NCBI RefSeq assembly: GCF_006345805.1
Contig: NC_043009.1
Coordinates: 70,618,001 to 70,682,000 of the forward strand
Direction of reading: 5' to 3'
Source: Octopus sinensis
Lineage: Eukaryota
DNA length: 64,000 bases
Part shown: positions 52,841-64,000 of the stretch, one piece after another
How the letters are laid out: every line of letters starts with the position of its first letter
How positions within the stretch are numbered: the stretch's first letter is position 1
The notes under the pieces: model-generated
Database searches by the model: none
The model's input: the letters and a program-made list of their open reading frames with translations, nothing else
Told to the model about the DNA's origin: nothing
Translations under genes and position numbers: made by a program

Positions 52841-54667
52841 CTCAAACGTGTTCTGTTCAGAAAGTCTCTCCTTGGAACCGTCACTCTTCCGACTCATTGT
52901 TTTTGTGCCAAGGATGAGAGAATGACTAAAAAAGAATGGTTTATACGAAAAGCAGCTAAATGCCAAAGGTCCTACAGTAACTCCCCAGCTATGACAACAC
53001 AACAAAAAGACCGACTTATGCAATAACGATTACAAAAACAAAAACGATATTAACATTTCCAAATTTTACAAACACTTTACATACCAGTGTAGAAGCCTTT
53101 ACATGTAGCGTCAGTGACCAACCAGGTCGCAATTTGGAGCGACGAAAATTTTGACATCATATTACCAATTATAGAAGTTAAAATTCTTTTTCAGTTTCTG
53201 AATTGCTAATACGCGTCTTCCGCATTGCGATTGCATTTAGCCGCACCAGCTTCATTTGTAATGTGTTCTTCTGTGTGAGATGATATGATGCATCTAAGAT
53301 AACAATCACAAAATCGGTTTAGATTTGGTACTTAGGTCACGCTTTGAATTTCTCAGTAACCGACCTTACCCAAGTTATCTGCCGGTCAACATTTGAATTA
53401 TTTCAATTAACCGTTATTTCTTGTAATGATGCTGCAGAATGTAGACCTCTCCAAATGCTGCTTCATAAATTTTTGAATCAGCAAAACTGTAGCATTTCTA
53501 GAAAAGATAGAAACAAGTTGGCGGGGCAGATTCGCAATTTTTCATGCGTATTTCACGCTGTTTGAATCACGTGAATTGTCCTGCCTTTTAACCAATATCG
53601 TCAGATTTCCGGTTGGAGCCGAATCACATGATCATCTATTTATTTACGTGTTTTGATTACTGCTCTGCGGTATTTCAGAATTCTGCATCAGAATATTTGT
53701 AATGGAAGCAGCTTAGATCATCTTGTTACTTGGAATATGGTGTGCATATGAGAAAAAGATTTTTCAAAGATTTGGACATCGAAAGCAATATTGAAATATA
53801 CAGGAGTTCCATTGAAATGGGCACAAAATTTTCAATGAAAAACCGGGTGATTTTGCAAGAGAGTGTGAATCGAAGACAAGTAGTTGAAAAAATGAATTCT
53901 TATTTTCTGATGCTGGCTGTCTGGAAAACTCAGTAAGGATGAAAATATTGATGATCCAGTGGACTGCCACTATATTAGACGAACAATTTAAAAGCACATC
54001 AGGATTTCATATACTGTTTCAAAAAAATATAGTGTACCACCAGGCGTGCGAACCAACGCATGCAAAAATCTAGTTTTAGACAAGCAAGAACTTTCAACTG
54101 TTTATCCTAAGCATTCACCATCTATCTTAGACTCTTAGTGAAGAATGAGCAATAAACTTACTTGTGGCGTCATGAGTGCATATACTTCAAATTCAGTTTC
54201 AAAAGATAGCCTACACAAAGTTCTATTTTATGGAAGCACAATCGAGATCAGATGAATCGTCATGTTGGAGAGGATCAAATGTTGGTGTTCTAAAATGGCG
54301 TTGTGCGGATTACATAATCAAATGTGTCCTTCTATTCTTAATATGATGGCATATAATTTCAAGGAAATTCGGTTACTACTTCTAGCAGACAACTTCCGCT
54401 GACGCTTGTGTTCTTAACTTGTGATTGTTGCATAATTATGAAAGATATTTCGTAATAGAAAGACTACAATTTGTGTCCCCGAATGATTGCAGTAAATTAA
54501 GAAACTTAATGTTTCTTATGTAACAGGTGTTTGTTATGAACGGTATTAACAAATCAATAACCATAACGATAGATAGATAGATAGATAGATAGATAAATAG
54601 ATAAATAGATAGATAGAAATAGAAAGATAGAAATAGATAGATAGATGGAGAGATAGTTAGATAGATG

Positions 54668-54753
<86 letters not shown>

Positions 54754-55039
54754 CACTAAATTGATGCACTAAAATGATACATAAGCTTGTATCAATGAAA
54801 GGAAGGAATGGTGGAAGTGAGAGGGGGGAAACTAAGAAACACTAAATCATAGCCAGATTTAAAAAAGGCAAATTACGGTGATACAAAAGTTTAAATGGAT
54901 TGGTAAATAGAATGGGTGGTGAGAGCTTGTTGAGATAAGAATAAGAGATGAATATGATGGAGAAAAGCAATTGGGATGAGAGATAAATCGTGTGTGGATA
55001 TTACTGGGTGAGAGATGGATAATGTTCGAAGCGGAAGAA

Positions 55040-55190
55040 TGGCAGCTGAGAAGGAGTACGGTCAGTTATTTGGGTTGTGTATGCTTCATTTAGTCCAAGA
55101 ATCCACAGCACATAGCCTTTGCTGGAGCAGTATTTGTTAAGTGAAATTTGGTAGACGGAAGGAAATCCATTGTGCGTACATTTACGCGCA
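55040..55190 (+). mobile_element. SINE fragment related to 62917-63270
   Basis: GTGAAATTTGGTAGACGGAA is the reverse complement of TTCCGTCTACCAAATCCAC at ~63195. Confidence 0.55.
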
Positions 55191-55752
55191 CACATACATA
55201 TGTGTGTGTATTTGTGTGTGCATGAGTATGTCTTGATGGATGGATGGATGTGTGCGTGCGTGCGTGGTGTATGTGTGTGTGTGTGTGTGTGTGTGTATGA
55301 CAGAACATCCCTAACTAGAAACCATTATCTAAGCGTTGTCCAGGACTGATAAAATAATCAAAAATTAGCAAAACATGAAAGGTTCTTAAACGTTATAAAA
55401 TTGAAAACCCACAAAGCAGGGGCCTGTTCAAGTGGAACTAAATTAACACATCATCGTGTATGCAAATAATGAGACAAAGAAATAATTATTACCGTTGAAA
55501 ATTACCAGCACCCATGGATTCGGTACCACTCTGTTACGCAAACTTTCAGGTGAAAAGTTACGTAATATTTGCAGTTTTACGTATTAGAATGGTGCTTTAT
55601 CACACATGCACCAAAAGATCTGTTCTTACATTGTACTCAGTGGCAAAAATATAAATTCAGATGTGCTAAACTCTCTCTGTTTTCTTATTTGGATTAAATT
55701 TTGCACTTCGTAGGCCCCACACACTCGATTTTCTACTCAGTCGGGAACATAG

Positions 55753-55766
55753 TATACATATATACA

Positions 55767-55800
<34 letters not shown>

Positions 55801-56101
55801 CATACATACATACATATATACATACATACATACATACATACATACATACATGCATACATACATGCATACATGCATACATGAATAATACATACATACATGC
55901 ATATATGAATAATACATACATACATACATGCATGCATACTTGCATGCATGCATGCATGCATATATACATACATGCATGCATACATACATAAATACATACA
56001 TACATAAATATATACATACATACATACATAAATACATACTTAAATACATACATACATACATAAATACATACATACATACATACACACATACATACATATA
56101 T
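55753..56101. repeat. (TACA)n/(TGCA)n microsatellite
   Basis: Directly visible. Confidence 0.95.
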
Positions 56102-56472
56102 AGTTTGGTATGTGTATGTATTACTAAATGAATATGGAATTAAGCGTGAAAAAGCCCATTATCCCAAATTATCGACTGTTCCTTTCCCAAGTTATATTTG
56201 TTGAACGGTGTTTGAGAGTGGTCAATATGGCCCCACTGAGCGCGCTTGTATAAGACTGTAGGCCAAGGAAAGCATCTGGTAGAGGGAGGTTGCCAGGTTG
56301 GCATTGAATTCTCATTGCTCATTCAGTGACTCTAGGTGTCAGACTGGCTCTTGGAACTGTAGAATTTATCTGTAAACTGTGTCTGCTCACAATTTGCCTT
56401 AATTCACTTTCTAGCAAAATCTCCGCTATTTTGTAATACTCTCCTCTACCAAGGCATTATTTATTACCCTTT

Positions 56473-56695
56473 AAGGCGGCGAGCTGGCAGAATCCTTAGC
56501 ACGTCGGGCGAAATGCTTCGCGGTAGTTCGTCCGTCGCTACGTTCTGAGTTCGACTTTACCTTTCGACCTCCGAGGTCGACTTTACCTTTCATCCTTTCA
56601 GGGTCGATAAATTAAATACTAGTTGAGTACTGAGGTCGACGTAATCCACTATCCCCAAATGTCAGGCCTTGTGCCTATAACAGAAAGAATTATTT
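56473..56695 (+). mobile_element. tRNA-derived SINE (Meta-domain-like)
   Basis: GGCGGCGAGCTGGCAGAATCCTTAGCACGTCGGGCGAAATGC...CCTTTCATCCTTTCAGGGTCGATAAA. Local duplication of TCGACTTTACCTTTC. Confidence 0.85.
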
Positions 56696-57743
56696 ATTGT
56701 CCTTATAGTAACAATAATGGACGGCCATTATTGCAGCGTGCCGAATTAGGACCTTTCCAATGATATCAGTTGATATATCACTACCAAATATTTTCTCTCA
56801 GTTCCTCCTCCACCTACATCTCTCTTCCGCTGAATTTAGGTTTTTGAAGTATACAGATTTTGTTTTCTTTCAAATTAAAACGCAAAACATTATTTTCGTG
56901 GAACGGGAAAGTTAAAAAAAGAAGAATTTGTATCTACGCAAAAGAAACAAAAATAATAGAAGATTAGGAAATTCCTATTCAATCAAATATATTCAAAGCG
57001 ATATGATTTACGATTGAGATAGAGGCAAGGAGAAATTAATGAAAGTTAAGTTAGCTCTCTGACACATACGTAGATATATAGATAGATAAAAGTGACAAAC
57101 GTACAGGGAAACAAATAAATGCGAAGAAACGGAAAATGAAGAGCGATAAAGACGGACGAGACAGGCTTAGAAGGAGTTGTATGTGCGAGTAAGATTTTGA
57201 GTGGACGTGTGACGAGTACTCACAAATTACCTAGACATTTAGTATTGTTTACAACTGACTATTCTTTATGAGTCTAATATCGTGTTGGAATTACACATTG
57301 AAAATAAACTCTTGTTATCTGAAAAGTGTGGTAATATGAAGCAAATGAAAATGTAGCTAAACCGCTAGTGATTCTGGAAAGAGATATGAAAGAAATCTCA
57401 TAGACAAATGACTTGCTGAGACAGTGATAATTAGTACAATATCGTATGTCAACTATACATTAATATCTAAGAGTACAGAATGAAACTATATGTAAAACTA
57501 ACAGAAATAGGGAGGAAGTTTCGGCTCTAATTTGATGCTAAATTCTGTGTGAAAGTTATTAAAATTACAACGTTCCAATTTTACTCTGTGTAGAATATAT
57601 TGACGGGCATGACCGTAGCTAATAGGCACGTTTCGATCTCAGCAAACAGCTCTTTTACCAAAGCCCTGTGAATAAAGTTAGGCTGAGTGAAACGGCAGAA
57701 TTATGTTGTGTATAAGTGTTAGCCTATACACAGGCGCGCGCGC

Positions 57744-57970
57744 GCGAGCTGGCAGAATCGTTAGCACGCCGGGCGAAACGCGTAGCCGTATTTCGTCTGC
57801 CGTTACGTTCTGAATTCAAATTCCGCTGAGGTCGACTTTGCTTTTCATCATTTCGGGGTCGGTAAATAAAGTACCAGTTACGCACTGGGGTCGATGTAAT
57901 CGACTTAATCCCTTTGTATGTCCTTGTTTGTCCCCTCTATGTTTAGCCCCTTGTGGGCAATAAACAAATA
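57744..57970 (+). mobile_element. tRNA-derived SINE (Meta-domain-like), near full length
   Basis: GCGAGCTGGCAGAATCGTTAGCACGCCGGGCGAAA...TTCAAATTCCGCTGAGGTCGAC...tail GCCCCTTGTGGGCAATAAACAAATA. Confidence 0.88.
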
Positions 57971-59243
57971 TATATATATATATATACATGGAGTTAAACG
58001 CAGGTGTGTTATTCAAATTCTACTTCCGTCACATGTTTCGAAGATATTACTGGTATTATTCCAAAGGAATAAAATGATGTAAAACAATGTGATCTCTTCA
58101 GGGAATTGAAAAAATGAAACTCGTCAATAAGACATTTTAACAGAATATGGATATGTATAGTGATTAACTGAACGCTATGAAGTTTGTTTTAAAAAAAATG
58201 TTCGAGGATATAAGGTCAAAGGTAGCCTATAGAAAGAGGAGGGGTAAAGGAAGGAAAAAACAAATAAATGAGAAGTATATACAAACTTCTGTTGACAATG
58301 CGTATTTAAAGCGGCATTATCCAAGTTCTCTTCAATTCAAAGATAGCGGTGTGGAATTTTCGGAAAGAATTGGCCGCTACTTCGAGCTAAATATCGTTGT
58401 TTATTCAAGGTGATACCTAATGCAACTTTATGATCAAAAGATATGTCAGTTATATCAACAAACAGCTGATAATAACTAAAATATTTGAAGTCATATATTT
58501 ATACGTAAATATAAGAGAGTGACCACTATGTGGTCGACTCTAGCACTAAAAATAGATCCGCTGCGGTTTCAGCCACGAAGAATTGTTTCCGATGAAAGTT
58601 AGCACAACTATTAGCGTAAACGAGTAGGGCAAATAAAAAATAACAAAAATGCAGATTAATTCAGGACAATTGTTTCGCTATTAATAAATTATATAATTTT
58701 ACTCACATAACATATCTGTAGCTCCTCGGATGAATTTGTCTAGAATACAATTTACTCAACCGCATGCCGGATTTTACCATAACGATTAAATTAGTATCCA
58801 ATTTTCTCACCCTTATTAGTTGAAGTCATATATTTTACATTTTAAGTTACGTTTCCAAAAACTTTCGCTGCTTCTCGTTTAACTGCAATCAAACGAAATC
58901 CTACATCATCGGTTCGTGCAATTTACCTCACGGGATAGATAAATATGGGAGATTCTCCTGCTTTATATACCACACAGTCGCCAGTAAACAATCCAGGAAT
59001 GCATTTTCATTTCTACTAATCTCAGTAGATTGGTTAGATTTACAAACAGACAGACGGACAGATAAAAACCAGTCTTTCTATTTATATCTGTATCAATATA
59101 TATATATTCCTATCTTGTCTGTAATACATTTGTGACAATTCGGTGGTACAGAAGTATTTTTTTACTTCTATCATTAGCGATATAGGTACTCACGTAGTAC
59201 TCTTGTGTATATATGTGCATATCTAATAATGTATGTATGTATC

Positions 59244-59432
59244 TCATGATTGATCGCTAACCACTACACATTATTTATTTTCTCCCCTAGTTTCTTTCTC
59301 TGTTCCTTTCTGTGGAAGAGCGTAGGCTCGAAACGTTAAAGACTTTTTCACTTCCCGAGCGTTATACTACAACATCTGTTTGTTGTCTACATCACCTATC
59401 TTCGTCTTTTGTTTTTTTTTTAAATTCTCCCT
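59244..59432 (+). mobile_element. ~190-bp repeat module (copy 3 of 3) with hammerhead-like motif
   Basis: CTTT-CTGTGGA-A-GAGC-GTAG-GCTC-GAAA-CG-T-T-AAAG at 59306-59341. Ends in (TA)n. Confidence 0.7.
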
Positions 59433-59476
59433 ATATATATATATGTGTGTGTGTACGTATATATATATATATATAT

Positions 59477-59517
<41 letters not shown>

Positions 59518-59539
59518 CATATATATACATATAAATACA

Positions 59540-59585
<46 letters not shown>

Positions 59586-59670
59586 CATATATATACATAT
59601 AAATACATATTTATATATACATATACATATATATATGCATATACATATATACATATGCATATATGTATAT

Positions 59671-61150
59671 ATGGAACGAATCATATATGGAACGAATCAT
59701 CAGGTCATGGAACGAATCATCAGGTCATGGAACGAATCATCAGAAAAAAACTGATCACGTTCCTCGAAGAAACTAACCGTCTAACTGACACACAGCATGG
59801 CTTTCGCCCAGGAAGAAGCTGCCTTACGCAGCTGTTACAACACTACGACTGGGTACTGAAACAACTACTGGATCGCTCACAGGTGGATGTGGTATATCTC
59901 GACTTTGCGAAGGCCTTTGACAAAGTCGACCACGGAGTGATATGTCACAAATTACTCAGACTCGGCATAACAGGAAAAGTAGGTGAGTGGATACATGACT
60001 TCCTGAAGGACAGAAGCCAGATGGTTGCAGCCAATGGAGCCCTCTCGGGAAAGACACCGATAGCAAGCGGGGTGCCACAGGGCACAGTCTTGGGACCCTT
60101 GCTGTTTTTGGTGGCGCTCTCTGACATGCCCTTGGTAGCACAAACAACATCCCTCACTAGCTATGCTGATGACACAAAGGTAGCACAGGCAATCAAAAAC
60201 CCAGCTGATGCTGACCTTTTACAACAAGATCTGGATGCCATATACAAATGGGCTGAAGACAACAACATGCAATTTAATGCTGGTAAATTTCAAGCCTTAC
60301 AATATCAAGCTGTAAACACATATACATTACAACACAACTATACTGGTCCAGGAGGGATCGAAATCCCAGTATCGAAATCAATACGGGACCTGGGGATAGA
60401 CATGAGTGACGATGCATCTTTTTCTTCACACATCGCGAAGGTGGCGACAATGTGCAGACGACTCACTGGCTGGATCCTGAGGACATTCCGGACAAGAGAC
60501 TGCGAGACCATGTTGACACTATGGAGGACATTTGTCCTAAGCCGCCTGGACTACTGCTCCCAACTGTGGTCACCGCATAGTGTCAAACTAACCACAGAGC
60601 TTGAGACAATCCAAAGACATTTCACCAAGAGGATTTCCACCATGAAAGAAAAGAACTATTGGGAGAGGCTTAGGGAACTCAATTTGTACTCCTTGGAACG
60701 AAGACGAGAGAGATATGCAGTGATATACATATGGACAATCCTGGAGGGACTAGCACCAAATTTTGGAATTGAGAGCTGTTCCAATCCCCGTACAGGACGT
60801 CACTGTGTCGTGCCAAAGGTCCCGTCTTCCACATCCAGGGTAAGGAGCAGATACTGTAATAGCCTGGGGTTCAGGGGCCCTCTGCTGTTCAACAAACTGC
60901 CAAGAAAACTAAGAGATCTACATGATGCGGATGTGGACATTTTCAAAAAACATCTAGACAAGCTGCTTTCCGGGATCCCAGATGAACCCACTGCAAGGTA
61001 CGAAGGTAACCTAAGGGCAGCAGCTACAAACTCTCTCTTAGATCAGTGGCCAGCCACGGCAAACTGGACTTAGAGAGGGTAGCAACAAGGGCGGTGCCCC
61101 AGCATGGCCTCAGCCAGATGGCTGAAACAAGTAAAAGAGTAAAAGAGTAA
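59671..61150 (+). mobile_element. Young 5'-truncated CR1/L2-group LINE inserted in a (TA)n tract
   Basis: Uninterrupted RT frame, short 3' UTR, (GTAAAAGA)n tail, and TA-rich repeats on both sides. Confidence 0.95.
59707..61073 (+). CDS. Non-LTR reverse transcriptase (ORF2 C-terminal ~450 aa, 5'-truncated, no native start)
   Basis: [64 protein letters not shown] and YSLERRRER. No stops. Confidence 0.93.
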
Positions 61151-61177
61151 TATATATATATATATATATACATACAC

Positions 61178-61213
<36 letters not shown>

Positions 61214-61243
61214 GCAGATAGATAGATAGATAGATAGATAGGC

Positions 61244-61293
<50 letters not shown>

Positions 61294-61295
61294 GC

Positions 61296-61365
<70 letters not shown>

Positions 61366-61383
61366 GCAGATAGATAGATAGAC

Positions 61384-61468
<85 letters not shown>

Positions 61469-62916
61469 CAGACAGATATTAGTTCTGTATATGTATTATT
61501 TATCGCTATGTCGGTCTGCTGGCATGTATGTATGTATTTATATATTTATTTGTTTATATTATTTGTATATGTGTGTGTTTTATTCTTTAAATTTAATCGT
61601 TTTTTTTTCTTCTCCGATGAATAACAGAAGAGGTATTTTCTCGTCCACTACTGATATTTGTCGATTGACTTTGTTTTGTGGTGTTTTTGTTGGGTTCAAT
61701 CGTTCGAGAAATTTTATTCATTTGTCAGTAATTCTAATTTGAGCGCCATTTCTCAAACGGATGTTCTTCATTCATGAAATTCAATTTGAAACTCACAATT
61801 ATTTCGCTTATATTGTCATACCGGGATTTTCATTGTCTTATATTGGAAGTCTTGGACAATTCTCTTATTGAATACGTTTAGATTAAATTAGACATTTCAG
61901 ACAGTCAACGGCTTGTTTATTTTATTGACGTTCTTGTTTTATTATTTCACTTTTTTTCCCCTGCTTTATTTTATTTCTGTAAAGTTTAGTCATTCTTTTT
62001 TTACTTTTTTTTATTCTTTTGTCATTTTATAATCTTTTATTTCTTCTATCAACAGTTCTCGCAATATCCATTTTTAGTTTTATTCTCGACCTTTTGTACC
62101 TTTTTTATTTATTATTATTTTTTTTTTGAGATTCTATAAAATTGATTTTGTAAATACACATTGAAAGCTTAGTGAGGTGTAAGAGCAATACAAAACGTAA
62201 ATTATAAACAACAACAGAAATCGCGGAAACTCCTTTTATGCTTAAATTATTCACGACGAGTATTACTTAATTGCTTGTCTCTGGTGATTTATAGCGTGTA
62301 TGAAAATTGTACTTTAAATAATAGTACCACGTATGTTTGAGAACGTCAATGGAGAGAAAAGAGAAGATGAGTCCGAGGGGATCGAAGTGAGAGAACAGAG
62401 ACTGAGAGAGAGAAAATAAAAAGAAATGACAAAAGGTATAAAATGGAGCGTTTGAACAAGTGATACACTTGATGTGAAGAATTGTGTCAAGTCAAGGCCT
62501 GATGCCGCTTACTATTTCTCAATTTCTATGGTTTTTGTTGTTTACGTTAAACGTCACAGACTCCAAATACACATATCTTGAAAAGACCATTCACACTAAA
62601 TTGCTCGTCTCTTAATCTTTCACCAATACGAACACCACCATTAAGAACGAAGCGATTGTAATTATGTTCTTCATTGTTATCGGCTCTCCTCTTACAGGCT
62701 GCAGTCACTAGGGTGCGACCTTAGAAACGCTTCAAGCAATTTCCTCAACAGAATAGTCACAAACTATAGTTAGCAGTTTATCAACAAAGTTGGTACTTTA
62801 TCAGTTCAACTGATGCAGTAAATTCTAAACGTTGCCTCTCTTTAAATACCATCACGTATTTGGACATGTTTACAGCAGCATATACAAGGGCATCCATACA
62901 CATACAATCAACTGAA

Positions 62917-63270
62917 TTTTTTATCTTGAATCAGTCAAATGACCGCGGCCATGCTGGGGCACCTCCTTGGAGGGTTTTAGTAAAACAAATTGACCCCAAG
63001 ACTTAATTTTTTAAAAAACAGTACTTATTATATCGGCCCCTTTTGACGAACCGCTAAGTCACGGGGACATAAACACACAAACACCAGTTGTCAAGTGCTG
63101 GTGGGAGACAAACAGAGATACAAAGACACGCTCAAACACAGATATATGTGAATGTATGTGTGTGTGTGTGAGTACACGACAGGCTTGTTTCAGTTTCCGT
63201 CTACCAAATCCACTTATAAGACTTTGGTCAACCCGAGGATGCAGTACAAGATACCTGTGCAAGGTGCCAC
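62917..63270 (-). mobile_element. SINE with LINE-derived 3' tail
   Basis: Minus strand has CORE-like CGTGGCACCTTGCACAGGTATCTT, an internal (TG)n and a 3' end GGTGCCCCAGCATGGCC shared with the LINE UTR at 61093-61109. Confidence 0.8.
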
Positions 63271-63464
63271 GACTCACACATACATACACACATATATAAA
63301 CACAGATGTAGGTTCGAAATAACAAGCATTCTCCTCCCTATCTTTTCTACTAACTCGCATACATTTTCTGTAAGAAAAAAATCATTCGTGTTGAATCTCT
63401 GAAACGCGGCGAAAGACCTAACTAAACAAGGAACCAAAATTCTAGACTCTCTACGCCAATTCAA

Positions 63465-63620
<156 letters not shown>

Positions 63621-63861
63621 GGAGAGAAGATAACAACTAGAGCAATAAGTAACAAAGAGAAGTGGATCATTGGTGTTTGAAAGTCATTAATTTAATTTGG
63701 AACATTTACAGCTGTTTCTGTTTATCAAACTGGAGTAAATTTACATTTACTTCGTTACATTTAACAAACATCTTCAGAATGAAAAGAGATAATACACCAG
63801 GAGTGCCTACGGATACATCTACCGATGGTTGCATAACCTCTAACTTATATCTTGCTTAACC

Positions 63862-63920
<59 letters not shown>

Positions 63921-64000
63921 ATACAACTTATAAACAAGGGCAAAGAAAAAAATTCTAATGCCAAATATGCCGAAAATAGACAAATCGTCAATAACCATTT

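Noticed and set aside
51706-52884. 392-aa ORF
   Set aside because: A chimera: trinucleotide arrays read in frame into a truncated Dong-like fragment.
52522-52917. Thr/Ala-rich mucin-like ORF
   Set aside because: A degenerate trinucleotide array continuous with (ATT)n, with no credible start or splice context.
53690-54160. Possible hAT transposase remnant
   Set aside because: Coding-like texture but no diagnostic motif could be read with confidence.
59671-59745. CRISPR-like repeated 14-mer
   Set aside because: Eukaryotic context, identical or absent spacers, and the unit derives from the LINE ORF.

Overview
Eukaryotic, AT-rich, microsatellite-dense DNA with no recognisable complete host gene. 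The repeat repertoire resembles a coleoid cephalopod (Octopus-like) genome, which is an inference. Most listed ORFs are artefacts of simple repeats. The window is mainly transposon remains: a full-length but broken mariner (13094-14368), a piggyBac remnant, a hAT-type MITE with an 8-bp TSD, two Helitron-like elements and several tRNA-derived SINEs. It also holds CR1/L2-group, RTE and L1/Tx1-type LINE fragments, including one young 5'-truncated copy with an open RT frame (59671-61150). An ~8-kb nest of R4/Dong-like restriction-endonuclease retrotransposons is stacked in one orientation in (ATT)n tracts (14755-23002). The most interesting signal is non-coding: at least three unrelated short repeat families, each next to microsatellites, carry hammerhead-ribozyme-like folds with non-canonical cores. 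These are a U6 variant in three copies, a U3-A8 variant inside a 270-bp palindrome, and a type-II-topology candidate, suggesting Penelope-like or retrozyme-like elements. Ribozyme activity is untested.
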